This document shows positions 56,240 through 64,000 of a stretch of 64,000 bases of DNA, one piece after another. The notes under the pieces are model-generated. The model saw nothing but the letters and a program-made list of their open reading frames with translations, did not search any database and had not been told where the DNA came from. The stretch's first letter is position 1. Each line of letters starts with the position of its first letter. A program made the position numbers and the translations under genes. The DNA is from a virus: the IMG/VR virus record IMGVR_UViG_3300030060_003910, positions 30,355-94,354 of that record; one strand, given 5' to 3'.

Positions 56240-56577
56240 TTTTTCATCCTCTCGGTTTTTCTTTTACTTGATTCTTTTCTTGATAATGCTACCTTGTGTG
56301 CCGCATTTAGTCTCTTTTTTGTTTCGGGGTCTTTTGCTCTTTTTGCTGCAACTCTTGCCCTTTGTTCAACTAAATTAATAATTTGTGATTGTCTTTTATG
56401 TGGCTTTGATTTGAATGATGAACTTGAAAATGTTTCTCTTACATCTTTTGCAGTTTTGAATTTAACAGGAACAGTATCTTTTGGATTTTCGTCTGTATAT
56501 AATCTTCTTGCTGAACCTTTAGGTTTCTTTCCCGTTCCTTTCTTTGGGTCTTTCTTTAGAATATTAACCCAATTCAA
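56236..56577 (-). CDS. W-x-x-ILK leader protein, basic (RRLYTDENPKDT domain)
   Basis: MNWVNILKK; TTG start. Confidence 0.7.
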   Translation of the reverse strand: MNWVNILKKDPKKGTGKKPKGSARRLYTDENPKDTVPVKFKTAKDVRETFSSSSFKSKPHKRQSQIINLVEQRARVAAKRAKDPETKKRLNAAHKVALSRKESSKRKTERMKK

Positions 56578-57104
56578 GGTGAACCCTTCCTTCGTTTATA
56601 GGTCTTACAAGCAGCGCAAGTCGGCCTACATCTTCTTTTTGTTCCTTTAGATGCATCCTTTCTTCCGCAAGGCTTTGGCCCATCCTTTGAACCACATGAA
56701 CCACAATCAATCCACCCTCCTTGCGTTTTTCCTCCTTTAGATTCTTTTCCGCCTCTTCTTGAGAACCAACCATGAAGACCTTCACTTTTCTCTCTTTTGA
56801 AATTATCTCCACCTTTACGGAACATTTGTTCATATAAAAGGTCATTTTCTTTATAACAGTTCTCATTATTCTCTAAAATTCTATCTATTTCTTTTTCTTG
56901 CTCAGGAGTAAATTTTCCGTTGCGTATTACTTGACCAAAATAAAAGCCCATCTCGTCGCAACTTATTGTCGCAATTCTATTTAAAGCGAAGGTAGGGGCT
57001 GCTCTATAACTTTCCATAAAATCTAAAATATCTCGTCTATAATTATCACAACACAATTGACTAGCATCAAAAGTGAGACGCTTAAGAATTTTTTTCCAAG
57101 ACAA
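56574..57104 (-). CDS. W-x-x-ILK leader protein: CC...SCDE...C module plus basic Cys domain (WF...WIDC...PCGR...CRP)
   Basis: (M)SWKKILKR; TTG start at 57104. Confidence 0.7.
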   Translation of the reverse strand: MSWKKILKRLTFDASQLCCDNYRRDILDFMESYRAAPTFALNRIATISCDEMGFYFGQVIRNGKFTPEQEKEIDRILENNENCYKENDLLYEQMFRKGGDNFKREKSEGLHGWFSRRGGKESKGGKTQGGWIDCGSCGSKDGPKPCGRKDASKGTKRRCRPTCAACKTYKRRKGSP

Positions 57105-57109
57105 GATAA

Positions 57110-57271
57110 TCACTTCTTTTTGGATTTATTTCCCCAATTTGCAGCACCGACTTTACGGCAACGGACAAGCGCACCTGAAGCGTATGCAGAAGGCCATTTC
57201 TTATAACGGCTTCGCACTTTATGATAACAGGCATCTTTTTCTTTCTTTAATTCTTCAAACCATAACGACAT
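57110..57271 (-). CDS. small basic W-leader protein (53 aa, not in ORF track)
   Basis: MSLWFEELKKEKDACYHKVRSRYKKWPSAYASGALVRCRKVGAANWGNKSKKK*. Confidence 0.7.
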   Translation of the reverse strand: MSLWFEELKKEKDACYHKVRSRYKKWPSAYASGALVRCRKVGAANWGNKSKKK

Positions 57272-57275
57272 AATA

Positions 57276-58886
57276 TCACAACCCTATGTTTCCATATTTT
57301 TCAATATAATGCTTAATATATTTCTGCATTCTTCCAATTGCATAACTATAATTTTGACCAGACTCATACATCATATCAGCGAGTTTTAACTCTTTAAATA
57401 TTTTTTGACCTTCATTATCTAATTTTTCTGGTTTATTTTCTAAAAGTTTTTTAGTGGTTGAGATGATGTGGTCTACTTCTCTATCGCCTAAATTTTTCTT
57501 TTCTCTTAGATATGGATTTGAACTTTTAACAATTGTTCCAATGTTCTCTAAAGAGTCCATAACCGACATTTTACAATTGTCTTTGTATTTCTGTATATCA
57601 TCCAAGTAAATACCTTCCTTTAACCAATCAAAACCTACATGGTCTTTATGATTCTCCCACTTCATTAACTTGAAAATCTCATCACAACGGCCTTTATACC
57701 AATCGGCCTTCTTATATGACTTCTTCATGCGAATCAATTCAAGCAATAATTCAGCGTTGCCCTTTTTAAGACGAAAGTGAGGAAGACAATTCTTTAACAA
57801 TTTAGAAACATCATCCTGTGAATAAAAATTTAATCTATTAATTAAACGGGTTGCTTGTGGAGATTTCTGGTCTAAATGCATTCTACCGAAACCAAGAGAC
57901 TTATGCATTTCTTGCATAAAAGCCTTACCTCTTTCTCCCGTTGCGACTAATCCTACTCTTGGATTCATATTGCGGTCAAGTGTAATATAACCATCGGAGT
58001 CAATAAATGCAGCAGTATAAGCCCAAATGTTTTTCTTAATCATAGATGGAACTTTATAGTAAGAACCCTTAACTGAAGTAATGTCTAATTTCTTGATTGC
58101 CTTTGAGATTGAATTGGCACTTGATGACTTGTGTAAATCAGTAGGCATTCTTTCATGTATAGCAGAAGCATTAATTCCTGGATTTTCACAAACCATTTTT
58201 ACAATAAACTCTTGCTTTCTTTCCCTCTTTGATTTCGTAAGTGATTGGTCAGTAATCTTAGATATAACTTTTCTAAAATCTTTTTTAGCAGAAGACATGG
58301 TTTTGTGAAGTTCACTATACTTTTGGTTATAGGGCATTCCAGTCTGCTCTAATTCTGCTTCCCAGTATTTACAAAGAGCATCAATTGTTTCTCTTCTCAA
58401 TTCAGAACTCTTCATCTTGTGAAGTTTAGATAAATCTTTTTCATTATATCTCATTTTTCTTAAAGGAGCCTCATAATCATTTAACCAAGTAATAGAAGTA
58501 ATACACTTATTTAAATGGTCTGTATAAGCATCAATCATTGTATCAATTGCTTTAGACATTCGTGTTCGGTGTTCCCCCTTTAATGCACGACGAGACTTTC
58601 TCATCTTTCTAACTAAGTCTGGAATGGTGTGTTCTTGAACAATATATTCACTTGGAAAAGAGGCTAATTTTTTTCTTGCATCACTAGCATTAATATTGAA
58701 AGCAGAAGACAATTTGGTGATTTCTTCATGCTCAGACATTACATAAGAATTGCTAAAAATACTCTTCAATTCAGTATCTAACTGTTCCTCTATGGTATCT
58801 TTAACTTGTTCTTCTTCTTCATCTAAATCGGCTAAACGGTTCATTTGTTCAGCCGCTTGACGGTATTTATCTGCCTGTTCTGTCAT
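57276..58886 (-). CDS. coiled-coil, wHTH and LAGLIDADG endonuclease-domain protein
   Basis: ENPGINASAIH (wHTH); YTAAFIDSDG; LPHFRLKK. Confidence 0.75.
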   Translation of the reverse strand: MTEQADKYRQAAEQMNRLADLDEEEEQVKDTIEEQLDTELKSIFSNSYVMSEHEEITKLSSAFNINASDARKKLASFPSEYIVQEHTIPDLVRKMRKSRRALKGEHRTRMSKAIDTMIDAYTDHLNKCITSITWLNDYEAPLRKMRYNEKDLSKLHKMKSSELRRETIDALCKYWEAELEQTGMPYNQKYSELHKTMSSAKKDFRKVISKITDQSLTKSKRERKQEFIVKMVCENPGINASAIHERMPTDLHKSSSANSISKAIKKLDITSVKGSYYKVPSMIKKNIWAYTAAFIDSDGYITLDRNMNPRVGLVATGERGKAFMQEMHKSLGFGRMHLDQKSPQATRLINRLNFYSQDDVSKLLKNCLPHFRLKKGNAELLLELIRMKKSYKKADWYKGRCDEIFKLMKWENHKDHVGFDWLKEGIYLDDIQKYKDNCKMSVMDSLENIGTIVKSSNPYLREKKNLGDREVDHIISTTKKLLENKPEKLDNEGQKIFKELKLADMMYESGQNYSYAIGRMQKYIKHYIEKYGNIGL

Positions 58887-58895
58887 ATAAATACC

Positions 58896-60326
58896 TCAAA
58901 AGTTCAAGCCTATGGTGGACGAATAACCCTGTTGTGGCCGTTGTGGAGCATCGCCAAACAGCCCTAAATCGTCAAGGAGTATGAAGTTATCCGTGGCTTG
59001 GTAAGTGGCCGCATTCGCTAAGGCAAGGCTCATCACCATATCGTCATGCGCCCCGATTCCCTCAAACTTCCCTCGTTCAGTAATCGCAAACATTGACATT
59101 TCTTCAATCAATAACGAAGAAACTTTTCTGCTCTCTTCGTTGCCGTATGGGAAGTTAATCTTCCCGTTTTCAAGAGTCATTTGTAAATTAAGAATAATCT
59201 CCTGTTTCTTTCTTCGGGTTGTATCAAAGTCGTGAACATTTACATCAGCAACTTGACGAAGTTCTTGAGTAAAGGATTTAGCGAATGTGTTTGTTTCAAA
59301 CAGGATAACCTCTGGTCTAAACACTTGATTTAGCAGTTTCACCTTTTGAATATTCTCACGGAACTGAACATTCTTTGCTCGGTCAATATACACAATAGAT
59401 TTATTTTCGTTCTCATCCATTTCAAGAACAGTAATCACATTGTAGTCTCCATCAGTAGAAATAGCAGGGTCTACGCCTATGAAGTATTTATACCCTTCAC
59501 GCTTTAGTGGCTTCAGCACTAAATCTTTATTCTTAGCATTGTCTAAATGTTCGGGATTAAAGAGAGAAGTTCCTGTTGAAATAGGCACACACATATATTC
59601 CCGTGTGAACATTAATGAACCGACTTCTGCCTTACGAGCCATCAACGCCTCATAGTTCCAACGGTCAGGCCACAACGGTTCGTTTAGTGCATTTAAACAA
59701 GGGTAGGTTCTAACAGTATATGCAGCGTTTTCTGACAATTGTTGGTAAATATCTGTATAACTGAACGGCGTTCCAATAACACGCAAAGATGCGGTATGGT
59801 GAAGTGTTGGAATCATATCGCCGTAAAACCAATCAGTCACTTTTTGAATACCTGTCATACTAAACTCTTTCAAAGGGTCGTCAATAACAATCTCTTGAGG
59901 GTGAAGTCCACGAATCTGTGAACCAACCGACCTCTCAAGGATTTGGTTTCCATTGGTCAATGTAATGTTTCCAATAGCCCAACCTCTTGCGGGTTTAAAT
60001 TTCTTGAGCATTGGGTGGGTGAACATCTTATCAATGTCTCTCATGTGAACGAGAGTCTGCTTTTGGTTAGAAGAAATGTAAAGCATTTGATATGGTGGCT
60101 CTTCAAAGATTAACTTCCATACGACCCAACTGTGCATGAATACAGATTTACCGTGGTCACGGGAACAGATAATAACTGTTCTTTGAGTAGTGTTCATTAA
60201 TTCGTGCCATTCTTGAATGTAGGAAGGAAAGTCAAAACCTAATACATTTTGAAAGAAGTATGGAAATGAATTGCGGGACAATTGCATATCCATTTCATGT
60301 TCAAAATTGAAGGCTTCTAATTCCAT
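58896..60326 (-). CDS. terL: terminase large subunit
   Basis: CSRDHGKS, IRGLH, IVIDDP, VIGTP, IGVDPA, HDDMVMSLALA. Confidence 0.93.
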   Translation of the reverse strand: MELEAFNFEHEMDMQLSRNSFPYFFQNVLGFDFPSYIQEWHELMNTTQRTVIICSRDHGKSVFMHSWVVWKLIFEEPPYQMLYISSNQKQTLVHMRDIDKMFTHPMLKKFKPARGWAIGNITLTNGNQILERSVGSQIRGLHPQEIVIDDPLKEFSMTGIQKVTDWFYGDMIPTLHHTASLRVIGTPFSYTDIYQQLSENAAYTVRTYPCLNALNEPLWPDRWNYEALMARKAEVGSLMFTREYMCVPISTGTSLFNPEHLDNAKNKDLVLKPLKREGYKYFIGVDPAISTDGDYNVITVLEMDENENKSIVYIDRAKNVQFRENIQKVKLLNQVFRPEVILFETNTFAKSFTQELRQVADVNVHDFDTTRRKKQEIILNLQMTLENGKINFPYGNEESRKVSSLLIEEMSMFAITERGKFEGIGAHDDMVMSLALANAATYQATDNFILLDDLGLFGDAPQRPQQGYSSTIGLNF

Positions 60327-60337
60327 TATAACACCCC

Positions 60338-61720
60338 TCACTTTTCAGGCAGTTTCATCGCTGCGTTTTTATATTCTTGATATTTTCTTTTATATTCACT
60401 TTCTAATGACTGAATTTGAGAAGTTAGTTTATCTTTATCAGTAGGTCTTGTTTTCTTTTCTCTCTTAGTTTTAAGATTTTTAATTTTATTAAGAGTTCTC
60501 TTCCTATAACTCTTCCATGTTTCAAATGCTTGTTCTGCTGTTGTAGCAGCATCAAAGATAGTAGATGGGCCAGTTTTTGCTCTTTTTTGTTGTCCTATGT
60601 TAAAAACATTACGAGTATCTCCTGCTGGACTAATTGTTGTTTCTTCCTTTAAACCACTATCCCATATGTCAATAAATTGAGCATAAGAAGGTGGTTGCAT
60701 CCATGTATTTGTATTAGGGTCTTTGATTCTTATTGATTCAAGAATAAATCTCTTTTCTAGCATATCTCCTCTTGGCAAAATAACTTTTGCATCAACATGA
60801 GACAAATCGTTTTCATCTGAAACACAATAAAACCAGATTTTATTTTTTGGTTTAGCAGTTAATAGGTCGTCAGGTTGTTCTCTTAATAGAGAAATCCATT
60901 CTTCTATCATATTAGTTCTATTAAAGTGCAACCAAAGAAAATTTTTAAAACTACCTCTTTCTTCGCCTTTATCTTGATAATGGCCTGTTATCATAGTATT
61001 GTGAACAGAACTGTATTTTCCACCAGTTCCCGTTCTTTTGTCTGCTGGAACAAATTTTCCTGATGGCCCCTGTGAACTAAAACTGCCATCTGGCCTCCAC
61101 TTAAGAACCTCTTTCCAAGACTTTTCAAAGGTCGGGAATTTTTCTTTTTTCTTTTTGTTTCGCAATTTAAAAAGACTGAACCATGATGGAGTAGGGTCGT
61201 CAAGATAAACACACTTCGCAAACTCTCCCTTTCCACGAATATTACGAATAGCCCAATTGCCATTAGGGTATGCGCTATTCCATTCATTTACTACCGACTC
61301 AGGAAGTAATTGTTTCATTTGTTCCCAGTTCTCACTATCGGGGAAAGACCATCCGTTCTTTTTTGCAGTAGCAATCCAACGGGCATTATCTCCATCCCTA
61401 TGTCCAAAAGCGGCAACCAAGGGTTTAGATTGATTTAACTGTGGTTCTCTTGCATCCTGTAATGCGCGATTATTTCCACCAATTTGCCTTCCTTCTGCCG
61501 TAGCATACATTCCACCGACAACAGTATGTGATGGGTGTTCTTTGAAACCAACTGTTGATATTGCCTTATCTTCATCATTTACACGAATAAGCCAATTATC
61601 TAAAGCATAAAGACCAGTCTCTAAATCCTTTCTGCGAGTATAAGGGTCGTCAGGATTATCCTGAGCAAACCTTCTTTTCATATCTTCATATGAAAAGATA
61701 GCAGGAAGAACTTTAACCAT
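60338..61720 (-). CDS. multidomain protein with an N-terminal GNAT-like domain and internal W-x-x-x-x-K motifs
   Basis: AISTVG...VGGMYATAEGRQIG...AKKNGW; SWFSLFKL and SWKEVLKW. Confidence 0.55.
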   Translation of the reverse strand: MVKVLPAIFSYEDMKRRFAQDNPDDPYTRRKDLETGLYALDNWLIRVNDEDKAISTVGFKEHPSHTVVGGMYATAEGRQIGGNNRALQDAREPQLNQSKPLVAAFGHRDGDNARWIATAKKNGWSFPDSENWEQMKQLLPESVVNEWNSAYPNGNWAIRNIRGKGEFAKCVYLDDPTPSWFSLFKLRNKKKKEKFPTFEKSWKEVLKWRPDGSFSSQGPSGKFVPADKRTGTGGKYSSVHNTMITGHYQDKGEERGSFKNFLWLHFNRTNMIEEWISLLREQPDDLLTAKPKNKIWFYCVSDENDLSHVDAKVILPRGDMLEKRFILESIRIKDPNTNTWMQPPSYAQFIDIWDSGLKEETTISPAGDTRNVFNIGQQKRAKTGPSTIFDAATTAEQAFETWKSYRKRTLNKIKNLKTKREKKTRPTDKDKLTSQIQSLESEYKRKYQEYKNAAMKLPEK

Positions 61721-61726
61721 CAAACA

Positions 61727-64000
61727 TCACCTAAACGATGCTTTAATTAGATAAACTTGTTCACTACTGATACCATATTCTCTTGAAATATTTTCGTGAG
61801 AATCAATGGCCTTAACGATTTGTTCAACCTCAAACGAAGTCAAGTCAATATTATCATCAATCTGCATCTTCGTAATCATTTTGTTAATACCATACTCATT
61901 CATAGGAATTTGACCATAGATTACTTTCTTTCCTAATTGTTGTCTAACAACATCGTGAGCCTTCAATAACTTATGGAGAAGAACAGGCAAGTCCACTTGG
62001 GCAGACTCAAAGATAGCCTTTAATCTGTTATATGCCGCTTTTTTAGCAGGAGAGCCTTTTGTTAAAATACCTTGATTCATGTCTAACCAATGAGGCAAAG
62101 CAAAAACAGCAAAAGGCTTTCTAGCGTAAAAATCTTTGAAGAATTTTTCGTTTCTTTCAACAATAGTTTTACCTGCAAATTTATTATTTGCTCTCTTCAT
62201 ATCGCCTGTTTCTTTCATATAGTGATAAAGTAATGCTGCGGCATAATTATCGTTTCTTTCTTCAGTAGAGTTTCCAAAAATATTAGTTAATCCATCAGCA
62301 AACTCTTCTGCATCGGTAATCAAATCAACATCAATTTTAACTTCTGGCATGAAAATGCTGTCTAAGAAATCAGCAATCTTATTCATATCACCGACATCAA
62401 TTTCTTCTCTTGAACCAGCAAATAAAGTATCATAAGCACCAGACATAACAGTATCTAATCCTAAATCCAGACTCAATGTTTGAAGCACCTTTGAACCAAT
62501 GCCTGATGCAAATGAAGGCATCTCAATAGGTAGCATACCGCTATAAATCGGGTCAAAATAATATTTGATTGCTGAATCCATCATCTTTTGAAGTTCTTCT
62601 TTAAATCCTTGAAGTTCTCCTCTCATCGTTCCTTTTTGATTCAATGATAGAGGAACAGCCCCTCCTTGGATTTGACCAACGGTTGAGCCTTTACCTTCAT
62701 AATAATCAAATTGGCTCCCTCTTCCTCTTCCTTTAGAACTTCTTGCATCAACTTCTGCAATAAAATCTTCATCTGATAAAATATCATATAAGTCATTAAA
62801 GAATTCTTTAATTGCAGGAACATTTTCCGAACCAATCATATCCCCTTCACCAACAGAAGGGAACTTATCTTTATTACCATACATTTGAGCAAATTTGGTA
62901 TTATCTAAAACAGAAATAGGTAATGCCAGAACAGGAGCATCCCCTTTATCAAGAATATGAGTATCTTCGGTTTGTTCTAACCATTCTTCAATATCAACCT
63001 GTGTCTCTAAGGAAACCCCTTCACCTTCATCTAAATATTCAATCATATCTTCAAGCATTTCCTTAATTTCGGATTCCATTCTTGAATTAATTGTAATTAA
63101 TTTTTCTCCTCTGTTATATTCATAAACTAAAAGAGGGTCTGCTTGACCGATAAGTTGGTCGTATTCATCAGCCCAAGTTGTTTTCTGTTGTAATTCTTCC
63201 TCCCATTCGGAAACATCAAGGTCAAGTGTTCCGCCTTCGGTGCTACTTCCTGACGCTAAGGAAGATTCAAGGTATCTCAACATTTGAGCATTTATATCTC
63301 CTTCCATTCCTGTATCATCAGCATATCCTAGTTGGGAAGTGTCTTTGTCCATCATTCGGTCAATAGCCAATTTATGAACAACGATATTAAAGAATCTGTG
63401 ATACCCAGATTCAAATGAACGAGTAATAACTTCAAACTTAGCAATATATTCTAAGTTCATCCTGCCATCAAGAATCTGTTTATACAATTTGTCAAATTTC
63501 TTTTGAATTTCTTCGGGAAAGTCAACATTTTCAACCTCAATAAAGAAATTAGCCATGTCTTCCTCAAATTGTTCATAAAGTTTTCCAATTTCTGCCCAGT
63601 AGTTATATACCTTTTTACGAACAGATTTCTTGGAAACATCAACAGCACCCAAGAAATCATTCATGTTAATTTTAAATTCTTTGTATTCTGCAACATCTAA
63701 TTTATTCTCAAGTGCTTCCTGAATTAGTTCTAAATTATGCCTAAAGTTTTCGGGCAACTTGGCGGCTTCATTCCCTAATACATTATTTATTTGATTTAAT
63801 ATATCTTTTCTAGGATTTCTAATATCAATTCTTCCCTTAATTTTATCGCTGGTTAATTGAACAGAAGTGACTCTTGCGCCTTGATTATACAAATTTAATC
63901 TCAAAAATGGCTTAACTACCTCTTCCATGCTGGTTGCGGCAACCTGTGTTTTCTTAGCCCTCTTGCCTTTAATTTGTTCATTAATATATTTTCTTGCCCC
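61727..64000 (-). CDS. large acidic hypothetical protein, 5'-truncated
   Basis: The frame of ORF 61727..63928 stays open to the window end. Confidence 0.7.
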   Translation of the reverse strand, partial: GARKYINEQIKGKRAKKTQVAATSMEEVVKPFLRLNLYNQGARVTSVQLTSDKIKGRIDIRNPRKDILNQINNVLGNEAAKLPENFRHNLELIQEALENKLDVAEYKEFKINMNDFLGAVDVSKKSVRKKVYNYWAEIGKLYEQFEEDMANFFIEVENVDFPEEIQKKFDKLYKQILDGRMNLEYIAKFEVITRSFESGYHRFFNIVVHKLAIDRMMDKDTSQLGYADDTGMEGDINAQMLRYLESSLASGSSTEGGTLDLDVSEWEEELQQKTTWADEYDQLIGQADPLLVYEYNRGEKLITINSRMESEIKEMLEDMIEYLDEGEGVSLETQVDIEEWLEQTEDTHILDKGDAPVLALPISVLDNTKFAQMYGNKDKFPSVGEGDMIGSENVPAIKEFFNDLYDILSDEDFIAEVDARSSKGRGRGSQFDYYEGKGSTVGQIQGGAVPLSLNQKGTMRGELQGFKEELQKMMDSAIKYYFDPIYSGMLPIEMPSFASGIGSKVLQTLSLDLGLDTVMSGAYDTLFAGSREEIDVGDMNKIADFLDSIFMPEVKIDVDLITDAEEFADGLTNIFGNSTEERNDNYAAALLYHYMKETGDMKRANNKFAGKTIVERNEKFFKDFYARKPFAVFALPHWLDMNQGILTKGSPAKKAAYNRLKAIFESAQVDLPVLLHKLLKAHDVVRQQLGKKVIYGQIPMNEYGINKMITKMQIDDNIDLTSFEVEQIVKAIDSHENISREYGISSEQVYLIKASFR

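Noticed and set aside
56201-56866. Alternative ORFs 56201..56650 (+) and 56564..56866 (-)
   Set aside because: Overlap leader-bearing ORFs that tile the region with coupled starts and stops

Overview
About 64 kb of an AT-rich tailed dsDNA virus genome (Caudoviricetes) of archaeal type. The gene set most resembles magroviruses, the viruses of Marine Group II/Poseidoniales Euryarchaeota. This assignment is inferred from gene content and GGAGG/GGTGA Shine-Dalgarno motifs, not from a database search. The + strand arm (1-22020) is an early/replication module: GroES/GroEL, PC4-like protein, two putative histone folds, ATP-dependent ligase, RFC large and small subunits, OB-fold SSB, Sak4/AAA_24-like ATPase, sliding clamp, a split PolB, Cas4-like nuclease, fused PriS-PriL primase, ERCC4 nuclease, MCM-like helicase and a DEDD exonuclease. 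It converges at a palindrome-rich spacer (22021-22217) with a - strand morphogenesis arm. That arm encodes terminase, portal, a second ligase-like protein, prohead protease/scaffold, HK97 capsid, adaptor, tail tube, frameshifted tail chaperones, tape measure and tail tip/fibre. Most striking observations: (1) about nine otherwise unrelated head-region proteins share an N-terminal W-x-x-(I/L)-(L/I)-K leader, and ILK|S/A-like sites recur in the protease, scaffold and capsid, which suggests a capsid-targeting and cleavage system for cargo proteins; (2) an Arf/Sar-like small GTPase sits in a cassette with membrane proteins between the capsid and neck genes; (3) there are two putative histone-fold genes; (4) the split PolB has three non-canonical active-site residues. 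All family assignments were made by recognising motifs by eye.
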